This document shows positions 25,103 through 37,540 of a stretch of 64,000 bases of DNA, in pieces; positions within the stretch are counted from its first letter, which is position 1; the number at the start of each line of letters is the position of its first letter. The DNA lies in contig CM059432.1 in assembly GCA_030390025.1 (NCBI GenBank), positions 27,716,001 to 27,780,000 of the forward strand, in the 5' to 3' direction. This stretch comes from Squalus acanthias. Its lineage: Eukaryota. The notes under the pieces are model-generated. The model worked only from the letters and a program-made list of their open reading frames with translations, was not told the origin of the DNA and did no database searches. A program made the translations under genes and the position numbers.

Positions 25103-28100
25103 TCAACTACCCCAAAATTAGTTTTGCTACTGGTTCTAGTAATGGGGAGTGAACCAGAGCAGATAAGATAAGTAGAGGAAGCATCCAGGCAATAGTGACC
25201 ATAATATAATACGCTTTAAGGTTATAATTGCGAATGACATAACTATGATGAAAATCAGAGTAATAGATTGGAGAAAAGCTGATTTTTGAAGGGCTGAGAA
25301 TACAACTTGGGAAAATAAAATGGACAACAATATTGGCAAACAATGATGTAGAACAGCAATGGGAAACATTTAAAACGGTGTCCAACAGAGTCCAGGAAAA
25401 ATATATTCTGCTAAAAAATACAAGAACAAACTAAACACTAATGAGACACCATGGATGAATAAAGACATAAGGGAAAAATTGAGGTTAAGGAAAGAGGCAT
25501 ATATTAAGTACATGGACAGCAGGGGAGAGCATGACAAGGGAGAATACGAAGAGATGAGAAGTTAAAAAAAATCAGGACGGCAAAGAGGAACTATGCAATT
25601 AAATTATCAAGGAACATGAAACATAATAAAATATTCTACAGGCGCATAAATTAAAAAAAAAAGGCAAGGTCGGGATGGGAATCAGGCCACAAAGGGATGG
25701 ACAGGATAAAATCAGAGTAATGGCAGAAATATTAAATAATTACTTTACTTCAGTATTTACCAGGTTGACATAACGACATCAGAAGATGTAACTAGTGGGG
25801 TGCCACAGATCAGTGCTGGGGCCTCAACTATTTACAATCTATATTAATGACTTGGATGAAGGGACTGTGTGTACTGTAGCCAAATTTGCTGATGATACAA
25901 AGATAGATGGGAAAGCAAGTTGTGAGGAGGACACAGAGTCTGCAAAGGGATATAGATAGGTTAAGTGAGTGGGGAAAACATTTGGCAGATGGAGTAAGTG
26001 GGGAAAATGTGAGGTTATCCACTTTGGTAAGAAGAATAAAAAAGCAAATTATTATTTAAATGGAGAGAGACTACAAAATTCTGCGGTACAGAGGGATCTA
26101 GGGATCCTCGTACATGAAACACAAAAAGTTAGCATGCAGGTACAGCAAGTAATTAGGAAGGCAAATGGAATGTTGGCCCTTAATGCAAGGGGGGGATGGA
26201 GTATAAAAGTATTGAAGTCTTGCTACAACTGTACAGGGCGCTGGTGAGACCACATCTGGAGTACAGCGTGCAGTTTTGGTCTCCTTATTTAAGGAAGGAT
26301 ATACTTGCATTGGAGGCAGAGCGAAGGTTCACTAGGTTGATTCCGGAGATGAACGCATTGTCTTATGAAGAAAGGTTGAGCAGGTTGGGCCTATACTCAT
26401 TGGAGTTTAGAAGAATGAGAGGTGATCATCTTGAAACAGAATTCCAAAGATTCACGACCCCAGAGAGCTATGGAGGCTGGGTCATTGAATATATTCAAGG
26501 CGGGGATAGATATTTGAGCTACAGGGGAGTCGAGGGTTATGGGGAGGGGGTGGGAAAGTGGAGTTGAGGCCAAGATCAGATCAGCCATGATCTTCTTGAA
26601 TGGCGGAGCAGGCTCGAGGCACGAAATGGCCTGCTCCTGCTCCTAGTTCTTATGTTCTTAAGATGATATTAGAAATGATATAACTGCATTTATAATAAGA
26701 GGAGAAATATTAAATAAACTAATCAAGCTCAGAGGATAAAACCCCTGGTCTGGATAGATTGCATCCGCGCATTTTAAAAGAATCTAGGGAAGAGATAGTG
26801 GAGGCACTATTGCATATTTAATAATTCGTTAGAAAAAGATGTAGTGCCAGTGGACTGGCAGATAACTAATGTAATACCTATATTTAAGAAGAGATAGAAC
26901 ATGTCCAGGGAACTGTAGACCAGTCAGCTTAACATTGGTGGTAGGAAATAATGGAATCCCTACTAAAGGAGAAAATAGAACATTTAGAAACCAAAAATAT
27001 AATGAAGAGTCGACATGGATTTCAAAAGGTCTTGGTTGACCAACCTCATTGAATTCTTTGAAGAGGTAACCGAGTGTAGACCAGGGTAATGCAGTAGATG
27101 TAATTTATCTAGATTTCCAAAAGGCCTTTGATAAAGTGCCACATTATAGACTAATAAGGTCAGAGCACGTGGAGCCAAGGGACAAGTAGCAGAATGGATA
27201 GCTAGCTGGCTTCAAAACAGAAAGCAGAGAGTAGGGGTAAAAGGTAGCTATTCAGGGTGGCAGACGATGAAAATGAGGGTCCCACAAGGATCAGTGCTGG
27301 GACCAATGTTGTTCAGAATTTATATTAACGATTTAGACTTTGGAACCAAAAGAGTTTGAGAACCACTGATCTAGAGGCACTGGAGAGAGTGCAAAAAAGA
27401 TTTACATATTTCCACATGAGGGTAGTGGAAAAATTGAATTATCTCTCCCGGAAAGCTGTTGATGCTGGGTCAATTGAAATTTTCAAGACTGGGATTGATA
27501 GATTTTTGTTAGGTAAGAGTATCAAGGGATATGGATCAAAGGCAGGTAAATAGAGTTGAAGTACAGATTAGGCATGATCCAGTTGAATGGTAGAACAGGC
27601 TCCAGGGGCTGAATAGTCTACTTCTGTTCATAAGAAGTCCGTGGAACTGAATATCGAGCAGCAGATGCAATACTGCTCATCTTGCATCACCAAACAAGAT
27701 TAATTTCTACTCATTCATGTTTTAGAGACTTTCCTATCTTGGCAAATCCCACGTAGCATTGCATTTTAGTTAGAAAAAATAAACTGTTGGGAAGTAAGGT
27801 TAAATGTAGGCCATTCACATGTTGGCGATTCAGCAAATATAGTTGTGTTGAAATTAAACAAACTTTTTTTTTAAAGAGTTTCAGCATTTGAGTGCAAGAC
27901 TGACCTTTTGATTTGTTGGTTTATTAATGTCTCTTGCCTTGAATATATTGGCAATAGTGTCTTTGTTGCCAAGAGAATTGTCAGTGGCCCAAACCAAACT
28001 CTCTTTTATCAATTTTTATCAACACTGGATGTTGAGTTTGCATTGTTCAACTGATTGCACACACAAGTTCCTATCTCTTGCAGTTAGCTAACAACTGCAT

Positions 28101-30270
28101 CTTGCAGTGCAATATTTAAGCAGAAATGGTGGCTAGGTATTGTTCTTGACCCCCTGATCTGTGCACAGTAAGTACATTTTCCATATCACTGAGTAGTCAT
28201 TGGGTTGAGAGTGTCTGTTGATTAACACTTTATTCTGGGCTCTGTAACTATAATAGGACCAGATACATTTACCAGTGAAAAATCATCGATTTAAACTAAT
28301 TCAGTTTTGAAATCTTCTGATGTGTACCTTGGCAGGATGTGTGAGAACATCTGCAGGGAAAGTCTGTACTACTCTAGCTTCACAAGAAAAACAGTATAAA
28401 TGCAGCCTGTCTGACGAAGTATAAAAAAAATGACTACTTATTGTCCCACTTCTACTCCAGTCACCTAGTGGTTCTTTTCCCCGACCCCACCCAATTATCT
28501 TTCCCATCTCCTGACGGCTGAGGCACAGTTCCGTGGTTGCCCTCTGTTACATTGCTGAAATACCCATTTACGTTTCTAGGCCCAGAAGGTGAGTATCAAC
28601 ATATAGTTTGTTGGTGGAGAGGTGGGGAGTGAAGCCTTCAAAGCTGAAACAGATCCTCTCCTGACTTGATGTCCACTCGTAAACATTCAGCAGATGTTGC
28701 TGAATAGTAATCAGGAGTGATGATGCTGGCTGAATTCTCCCTCCTCCCAAAGTGCTGAGACCAGTTGTAACATGTTTTTGCTATCCTGATTTTTCTGTAT
28801 TTAAGACTGATGCTATATGTACTGATAGTGAAGGCATTGTGAGCTTGGGTGTATTGCAAAGAATTTCAAGTATCCATGGCAAGGAATGGGAAAAATGCTG
28901 CTTTCTGTTCTTCAAATATAGTTTCTTCACATCTTTTTGTGACTCTCAAATCTAATATCTATTACCTCTTAGCTTTAGGTTCCCACTTTCATCAACCTTC
29001 ATTTGTTATAATTCTTGTTCTTGCTGCCTACTGATAACCAACTTAGTGACACTATCGCATCTTGATTGTTAAAGCTGTCTCGAAGAAGCGTAGATTTCTC
29101 TTTAATGCTAAAAACATTTTCCTTCAACATCTTAAATACAAGTTTGTCCAAGACTTAACTTACTGTTGTGATATATGGGGAACATGTTTTAGCATCTGGA
29201 CAGACTAAGAAAAAAAGTCTCATCATTTATAGGCAATCCCTTGCTAGCCTTCACCCTCTAATATTTTTCATCTTGTAGGCTTCTTGGCTTTTTCTTGCTA
29301 ATACTGTGACTAGTGTTCTCTTGCTAACTCTGTGACTAGTGCTCCTCCTTTCCTTCCTGTTCTCTCTCAGCTCCAAATATGGCATGCAATATATTTTTCC
29401 TCTTCCCTACAACACCACTGTGTTGAAATTCAGACTTCAGTATGGCAGGCTTCTAGTTTAATTTTCCTGAAACTCAGAATTGTACCTGCCTCAGTTTTTT
29501 CCCCCCCTCTTGCAGTCTTCTGTTTTTTTAAAACCCTAACTTGCCGTTGCTTTCCTTACTACTTAATTTATGCATTTATACATAATGTGTCCTGCACAAG
29601 GGCCTTGACCCTTTACCTTGCTTCTTCAATGGGGAAAAAATTAGCCAAAATGTTTTTCATTCATACCTATTATTCAGTCTAACTGTAGACTCTAGTTTGC
29701 AATCAGTAATATACAGGCTTGGGATTTATTTAGGTCTGTGAAACACACAGTCATGCATTTGTTAGTACATTGTTTCTTTGGAATTTAATCTCCCTTTCAT
29801 CGTACCGTGCACTGGCTCTGATAAATTTGTTTCAATAAGATAGGGGATTTGGTCCACAATAGACTGCAGCATTGTGCAAATATGGTACCCGACATACTGA
29901 TTAGACTAACCTAGGCTCTGTTAATATTTCATTGCTATAATGCTTCAGAGGCACCAAGCACCACCTTGCAGCGGTTTTTCTTCCTATCAAGGCAAAACCG
30001 TTAGTATTGTTGGCCTGTACAGATACGCCACAGGCTTGTAAGGTCTGCAGCCATGTAGTAAAGTTGTGACCACTACTTTGGAACAACAATATGTCTGCAA
30101 ATCTTGTATGTGTGCAGTTGCTAATGGTGTTGCTGGTGCTGTGAATTTGCCTGTGATTTGAATTTGGAGCAATAATTGCACCTCCATGAAAATTCAGCTC
30201 TGCTGTAGATACCTTCACTGATTCAGTGGCATCTGTTGCACTCTTTAAGCAGTCTGCGTGTCTTTTACAG

Positions 30271-30388
30271 GGTTAACGTTTCAGGTCGATAACCTTTCGT
30301 CATTCATTGACCTGAAACGATAACTCTGTTCCTCTCTCCACAGGTGCTGCCTGACCTGAGTATTTCCAGCATTTTCTGTTTTTATTTC
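30271..30388. mobile_element. Penelope-like inverted pLTR remnant (continues at 31620-31655 after the L2 insertion)
   Basis: GTTAACGTTTCAGGTCGAT and ATTGACCTGAAACGATAAC are inverted; the downstream part matches 3618-3727. Confidence 0.65.
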
Positions 30389-31610
30389 AACATCAACAAC
30401 TGGAATTTATATAGCACCTTTAACATAGTAAAATGCACTACGGTGTTTCACAGGAGTGTTCTCAAACAAAATTTGACACCTGAGCCACATAAGGAGATAT
30501 TGGGGCAGATGACCAAAAGCTTGGTCAAAGAGGTAGGTTTTAAGGAGCATCTTAAAGGAGAAGGTAGAGAGGTTTAGGAATTCCAGAGTTTGGAGCCTAG
30601 GCAGCTGAAAGCATAGCTGCCAATGGTGGAGCGATTAAAATAGGGGATGCGCAACAGACCTGAATTGGGGAAGCAAACCAATCTGAGAGTTGTAGGGCTG
30701 GAGGAGTTTACAGAGATGGGAAGGGGTGAGGCCATGGAGGGATTTGAAAACCAGGATGAGAATTTTAAAATTGAGGCGTTGCCAGACCGGGAGCCAATGT
30801 AGGTAAACAAGCACAGGGGCGATGGGTGAACGGGACTTGGTTTTGGATCAGCTCAAGTTTATGGAGGGTGGAAGATGGGAGGCCGGCCAAGAGAGTGTTG
30901 GAATAGTCAAGTCTAGAGGTAACAAAGGCATAATGATGGTTTCAGCTGCTGATGAGCTGAGGCAGGGGCGGATACGCTACGGAGGTGGAAGTAGGCGGTC
31001 TTGGTGAAGGCGTGGATATGTAGTTAAATGCGACACCAAGGTTGCGAACAGTCCAGTTCAGCCTCAAAGTTGGCAGGGAGAGGAATGGAATCGACCGCCA
31101 GGGAACAGAGTTTGTGGCAGGGTCCGAAGGCTTTGGTCTTCCCAATATTTAGTTGGAGGAAATTTCTGCTTCTCCAGTACTGGATGCCTGACGAGCAGTG
31201 TGACAAATTTAGAGACCGTGGAGGGGTCAAGAAAGGTGGTGGTGCAGTAGAGCTGGGTGTTGTCCGCATACATGTGGAACCTGACTTTGTTTTCGGATGA
31301 TGTCGCCAAGGGGCAATATGTAGATTGAGAAATAGGGGGCACGGATAGATTCTTGTGGGACTGTACGGGAGTGGGAAGAGAAGTCATTGCAGGTGATTCT
31401 CTGTCTACAACTGGTTAGATAAGAATGAAACCAGGCACGTGCAGTTCCACCCAGCTGGACAACAGAGGGAGAGGCTTTGGAAGAGGATAGTGTGGTCAAC
31501 CATGTCAAAGGCTGCAGACAGGTCGAGGAGGGGTAGTTTAACACTCAATTACATAGGATGTCATTTGTAACTTTGATAAGGGCCATTTCAGTAATGTGGT
31601 AGGGGCTTCA
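30389..31610 (-). mobile_element. Classical L2 LINE, 5'-truncated and degraded
   Basis: FHMYADNTQLY, NFLQLNIGKT, VRNLGV and AWFHSYLT..RQ motifs; L2-type tail with (TTG)n at the left end. Confidence 0.88.
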
Positions 31611-31954
31611 ATTGATTGGATTCAGATTTTTAGCATCTGCAGTGTTTTGCTTTTGTCTTTTATAGGAGTTCATTCACACTGCCCTGCATCTCCTTGTATG
31701 ATACCATAACAATAGTGTACGCCCTTGTGACCTGAAGATTGACTTTTGCACGTGTGCTACTTCAATATCTCCAAAGTTGGACCAACAAAACACTTGGTCA
31801 GATGGAACCAAGTATAATGATAGCTGCTTGATTTCACAGAAATACAGAGATGCTATTCTGATCAGACTCACTAAATGACTATAACATATCTTGCATTGTA
31901 CAAAATAAAGAACGCTATGCCTCCACATCTGTAGGTTTTTAACTTGATTTAAAG

Positions 31955-33595
31955 ATTTGTTTTTATTTGTTCATGGGATGTGGGCATAGCTAGCAGGGCC
32001 AGCATTTATTGCCCACCCCTAATTGCCCTCGAGGGTGATGGTGAGCCACCTTCTTGTACCGCTGCAGTTCGTGTGGTGAAGGTACTCCTACAGTGCTGTT
32101 GGGAAGGGAGTTCCAGGATTTTGACCCAGCAAGAATGGCAATATACTTCTAAGTCAGTATGGTGTGTGACTTGGAGGTGATGGTGTTCCCATGTGCCTGC
32201 TGCCCTTGTCCGTCTAGGTGGTAGAGATCGCAGGTTTGAGAGGTGCTGCCGAAGAAGCCTTTTTCGAACTGCTGCAGTGCATCTTGTAGATGGTACACAC
32301 TGCAGCCACGGTACACCGGTAGTGGAGGGAGTGAATGTTTAAGGTGGTGGATGGGATGCCAATCAAGCGGGCTGCTTTGTCCTGGATGGTGTCGAGCTTC
32401 TTGAGTGTTGTTGGAGCTGCACTCATCCAGGCAAGTGGAGAATATTCCATCACACTCTTGACTTGTGGATGGTGGAAAGGCTTTGGGGAGTCAGGAGATG
32501 AGACACTTGCTGCAGAATATCCAGCCTCTGACCTGCTCTTGTTGCCACAGTATTTGTGGCTGGTCCAGTTAAGTTTCTGGTCAATGGTGACCCCCAGGAT
32601 ATTGATGGGGGATTCGGCGATGGTAATGCCGTTGAATGTCAAGGGGCGGTGGTTAGACGCTCGCTTGTTGGAGATAGTCATTGCCTGGCACTTGTGTGGC
32701 GCAAATGTTACCTGCCACTTATCAGCCCAAGCCTGAATGTCGTCCAGGTCTTGCTGCATGTGGGCATTGACTGCTTCATTATCTAAGGAGTTGCGAATGG
32801 CACTGAACACTGTGCAATCATCAGTGAACATCCCCATTTCTGACCTCATGATGGAGGGAAGGTCATTGATGAAGCAGCTGAAGATGGTTGGGCCCAGGAC
32901 ACTGCCCTGAGGAACTCTTGCAGCGATGTCCTGGGGCTGTGATGATTGACCTCCAACCACCACAACCATCTTCCTTTTGTGCTAGGTATGATTCCAGCCA
33001 GTAGAGAGTTTTCCCATTGACTTCAGTTTTACTGGCTCCTTGATGCCAGACTCGGTCAAATGCTGCCTTGATGTCAAGGGCAGTCTGGAATTTAGCTCTT
33101 TTTGTCCGTTTGGACCAAGGCTGTAATGAGGTCTGGAGCCGAGTGGTCCAATCGGAACCCGAACTGGGCATCAGTGAGCAAGTTTTTGGTGAGTAAGTGC
33201 TGCTTGGTAGCACTGTCAACGACACCTTCCATCACTTTGCTGATGATTTCGAGTAGACTGATGGGGTGGTAATTGGCTGGATTGGATTTGTCCTGCTTTT
33301 TGTGGACAGGACATACCTGGGCAGTTTGCCACATTGTCTGATAGATGCCAGTGTTGTAGCTGTACTGGAACAGCTTGGCTAGAGGCGTGGCTAGTTCTGG
33401 AGCACAAGTCTTCAGCACGACAGCCACGATGATGTCGGGGCCCATAGCCTTTGCTGTATCCAGTGCACTCAACCGTTCCTTGATTTTTCACGTGGAGTGA
33501 ATCAAATTGGCTGAAGACTGGCTTCTGTGGTGGTGGGGACCTCGGGGAGGCTGATATGGATCATCCACTTGCTGCTTCTGGCTGAAGATGGTCAC
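31955..33595 (-). mobile_element. CR1-group LINE family X, RT and 3' end
   Basis: ORFs 33092-33472 (KAMGPD...NYHPISLL...AQFGFR) and 32214-32969 (VPQGSVLGP...MFTDDCT); LDIKAAFDRVWH motif. Confidence 0.9.
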
Positions 33596-33697
33596 CATTA
33601 TTAGCTTTATTCCAGATTTATTTAAATTGCCGTGGTGGGATTTGAACTCCCATCATCTGGAGTTACTAGTCCAGTAACATAACTGCTATGCTACCGT
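33596..33697 (-). mobile_element. tRNA-derived (Pol III) head joined directly to the family X LINE body
   Basis: Minus strand: A-box-like TAGCATAGCAG and B-box GTTCAAATCC. Confidence 0.6.
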
Positions 33698-35289
33698 TCC
33701 TGATTCCTAACTGTTCTCCAGAATTCTGGTCTCTGCTTTTGCAACTTCATAACTTTGTTTTGAAAACCTGACTACTTGTAATCCTGTGTCTGTCTTCTGT
33801 TGTTCACAGCCAAAAAGGAAAGTGTTAGAAATCCGCTGCAGTGCACTTTAGACCAGAAACTACCTTTCTGTCTAGGTGGCTTTTTAAAACTTGTGTGAAT
33901 ATATTATGTGAAAGGTGTTTTTTTTTAACCATCATATTGCAGAACTTCTGGATTTAAATAATATGCATTTAAGTGGTGCATCACTGAAGTTAAGTGCCTA
34001 TGTGGTGGATTCTACCATAGGCAGTCTTGTATCATTTTTAAAAAAGGTTGTGCTACTTCATATAAATGTACTAATGGCTCTACTTGCCTCACCAGGGATG
34101 CCACTTTGTACGTGGATAGGCTGCTGCTATGTGTTCCCACAGACTTGGTGCCTGACCTAGTTTCCCCAGATAGCACGCAGCTGGTGAGCCTATTGTTTTC
34201 TGCCAGGATGGGGTTTTTGATGAAGGAATTTGTGCCTTAAATATACACTTTTCAGAAATATATTTGAGTGAAGGGATGTGGTTTTTTAATCTACTCCTAC
34301 CACTTTCAGTAGATCTGAACAAACAAGTACTCAGTCAGGTTATCTGTTTTACTGTTTTCTTGAAGTATAGTCCAGGTGGTTTTCTTTTATCTGAAGTAAT
34401 CCCCTATTATGTACTGCTCTCAGTTGGGGTCTGCCTCCCAACAGGTTATTTAGACATTTGTGATGGGTCCAGAAATAATTTAGTTACCCACACAACTTTC
34501 TTTTAAAAAAAAAAGCTTTGAGTTTTCGCCTCCTAGTTTACCTGAAATTCCATTCCATGTGTTGATCAAAAAGTTTATTTAAAAAAAAAAACTAGATGCT
34601 GGAAATCTGGAACAAAAACAGAAATTCTGAAAACACTCAGCAGGTCTGTCTACATCTGTGCTGATGACCAACAACTTATCACTTCAGGAATGATACCACA
34701 GAATGCTTTAGTTTCCTCTGTTTACCCTTCTTGTTACTATCTGTAGGCTTTTAAACCCCAATCTTGGCATCCTGTAACAGCTAGTTCTTAATCTGTCTTC
34801 TCTTAACACTGGTAATATTTTGACTTTTTAAAAAGTTTTCCAAAGGTTTTGGTTCTTTGTCTAGGTTCTCCAATAAATAAACCTGTGGGATAACTTTACA
34901 AGATCAGTGGACCATTTCTAACTCTTGTGTCTAATAGTTGATTTCACCCACAGAACAGTGGTTGTAAACCTGACATTAAACTAAATATGCAGTGGAAACT
35001 ATAGGAAGACCTGTGCCCTTCTAGCATTTGCCACTCTTACTAATATTGTAACTAATATTGGGTTACTTTAATGTGTTTATTGAATGTTTTGAAAATGCAT
35101 CAACCTTCCAGCAAGGGAGTTGTTGAGAAATTATTCAATGTTTCACCTTCAAAGTGGGGTCTTCGTCATTCCCCCATCAAATTCACCACTGACGGTTTGA
35201 ATCTGAGTATGCCAAGGAGCGAGATACATTTTGTAAATGCGAATTGCACATTGTGGTTTTTTCCAGCGTACATGTGCATTCCAAGTTAG

Positions 35290-36170
35290 TTAAAGTCCCA
35301 AAGCACTTTACAGCCAATGAAGTAGTTTTGAAGTGTTGGTCACTATTGTAATGCATGGAAACCAGGCAGGCACCAGATTTTTTGTTTTGTGTTGATGTTG
35401 GTTGAGGGATAAATATTGGCCAGGACACTGGGAGAACTCCCCTGCTGCTCTTTGAATAGTGCTATTTGATCTCTTGTGTCCACCTGAGGGGGAAGACTGG
35501 ACCTTGGTTTAACCTTAAAGATAGTGGGGTAAAAATTGGGTAGCGCTACCTTCGCTGGGGTGTTAATTTTAGCGCCCCGGAAAAGTTAGCGCCCCTGCGG
35601 CCGGTTTTCCCAGGTAGCGCCCCGCTTCCCTCTTGGGGCGCTGCGAGCCAATATCACGGCACTACGTGCCGCGGTGCTGCAGGCCTTATTCCCCTTATAA
35701 AGGGGAGGGGCCTGGCACAGCGCGTCCCGGCGCCCAACTGGGCCACCAGGGATCGGGAGTGCCGGCAAATGAGCCCGGCACTCGGAGTGCCGGGCTCATG
35801 GAGAGCAGCTGGCACCCCGTGGGGGGGCTTCACGGGGGCCGGGGACAGCAACGGGGGCAGGTGCTGGCAGGTGGCCAGCAACAAAAATGGCCGCCCGCCA
35901 CCTCCCCTTTAACTAGTGCCGCCCCGACCGCAGGTAGGCCTCCCTGACGCCGGCGGACATAGCGATTCGCGCCGCCGCTAACCTCCTGCTGAATTTCGTG
36001 GGGGGTGTTAGCGTTGAGGCGCAAATCAAACGAATTTAGCCCCCAGTACTTCAGACAGTACCTCACTGAAGCGTCAGCCTGTATTATGTGCCCAAGTGTC
36101 TGGAGTGGGGCTTGAACCCACAATTTTCTTACTCGGGTGAGAATACTACCACTGAGCCAAGGCTGACACT
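35290..36170 (-). mobile_element. DeuSINE interrupted by a Harbinger MITE
   Basis: Flanks match 60500-60955 reversed; tRNA head at 36100-36165. Confidence 0.8.
35526..36044. mobile_element. PIF/Harbinger-type MITE, family B (reverse orientation)
   Basis: G4...AATT termini and TSD AGT, supported by rejoining the host SINE; interior is the reverse complement of 52761-53450. Confidence 0.82.
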
Positions 36171-36729
36171 TAAAAGTAATATTTACAACCAGTAAAAAGC
36201 TCTTCAGAAGTTGATGCAAGTTAGGAATGGTACTACTTTTAATGATCCAAACTGGTGCTATAAACAGAGTATTGTGCTTTTAAAAAAAAAACAACAACTT
36301 TTGGCCATTTTATCCTCTGGGTGACCCCATTGATTAACTTCTGCAGATGATGTTTCTAAATTTTGCTGTCTGCATTGGCTGCAATTGAAAGCTAGTATCT
36401 TGCTCATTGGAATTAAAAAAAAAACCTAAACCTCGCGTTGTGAAGCCACTAGAGACCTGAGATTTTTGATAAGTGAGAAATGTATGGTTTTAGCTTGAGG
36501 AAAAATTTGAAATCCCTTTCTGTACATTTGGAAATTGTCACTGATGTGGAAAATTTACAGTAGTTAATTGGTTTCATTGTAGAGATTTGGGCGGCGGGGG
36601 GGGGGGGGGGGGAAATTGCCTCATTTTATGCTCTCCCCTCTTCTTCTGCTTCTACCCTACTAACTTGCTCCCTATATCTCCTAAAGGGGGTGACTTGTGC
36701 TGGGATAAGATTCTATGGGCATATACAAA

Positions 36730-37540
36730 CTTACATAGAATATACAGCACAGAAACAGGCCATTCAGCCCAGCGAGTCCATGCCGGTGTTTATGCTCCAC
36801 TCGTGCCTCCTCCCAGCCTTCCTCATCTAACTCTTAACAGCATAACCCTCTATTCCCTTCTCCCCCATATGCTTATCTAGCCTTCCTTTAAATGCATCTA
36901 TGCTATTTGCTCAACCACTCACTGTGGTAGCGAGTTCCACATTCTCACCACTCTCTTGGTAAAAAGTTTCTTCTGAATTCCCTATTTGATTTCTTGGTGA
37001 CTATCTTGTATAGATGGTCTCTAGTTTTGCTCTTCCCCACAAGTGGAAACACTCTTTCTGTGTCTACTGTCAAAACCTTTCATAATTTTAAAGATCTCTA
37101 ATGGGTTGCCCCTCCGCCTTCTATTTTGAAAAGAAAAGAGACCCAGCCTGTTAATCCTTTCCTGATGGGTATAAACACATTTCTGGTATCTTGCATATAT
37201 ATCTTTTTTGCACCCTCTCTAGTGCCTAATCCTTTTTATAGTATGACGGCCAGATGTGTATACAGTACTCCCAAGTGTAGTCTAACCAAGGTTCGATACA
37301 ACTTTAGCATAACTTCTCTACTTTTCAATTCTATCCCTCTAGAAATAATCCCTCGTGCTTGGTTTGCTCTTCCTATGGCCTTACTAACCTGCGCACTACT
37401 TTTAGTGATTTGTGTATTTGTACTCCCAGATCCCTTTGCTCCTCTACCCCATTTAGATTCTTATTTTCCAAGTAATTTGTTACCTCAATTTTAATACTCC
37501 TGTCTATGTTGAAATTATATACCCATTCTGCAAGTTTATT
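36730..37540 (-). mobile_element. Degraded CR1 3' fragment
   Basis: ENKNLNGVEEQRDLGVQIHKSLKV motif; CR1 tail at 36730-36800. Confidence 0.85.

Larger units (their letters stand above)
21200..27630 (+). mobile_element. Cluster of old, nested + strand CR1 fragments (including 25789-26658 with TSD AAGATG)
   Basis: Repeated degraded APE/RT motifs (LNEYFASVFT, YRP.SL, QHGF, SGVPQ, LVRPHLEY) and CR1 tails at ~26580-26660 and ~27560-27630. Confidence 0.8.

Noticed and set aside
24877..25171. Cys/Val-rich ORFs
   Set aside because: Translation of a (GT)n microsatellite.
31666..31930. Possible exon after a strong-looking acceptor (similar cases at 28084, 39933, 43846 and 45574)
   Set aside because: Stops in all frames or no matching donor; cannot be supported as coding, and non-coding use is untestable here.
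35586..36219. GC-rich ORFs here and at 2499-2961, 45914-46516, 49802-50443 and 52997-53454
   Set aside because: They fall within MITEs, are not conserved in frame between copies, and show no transposase motifs.
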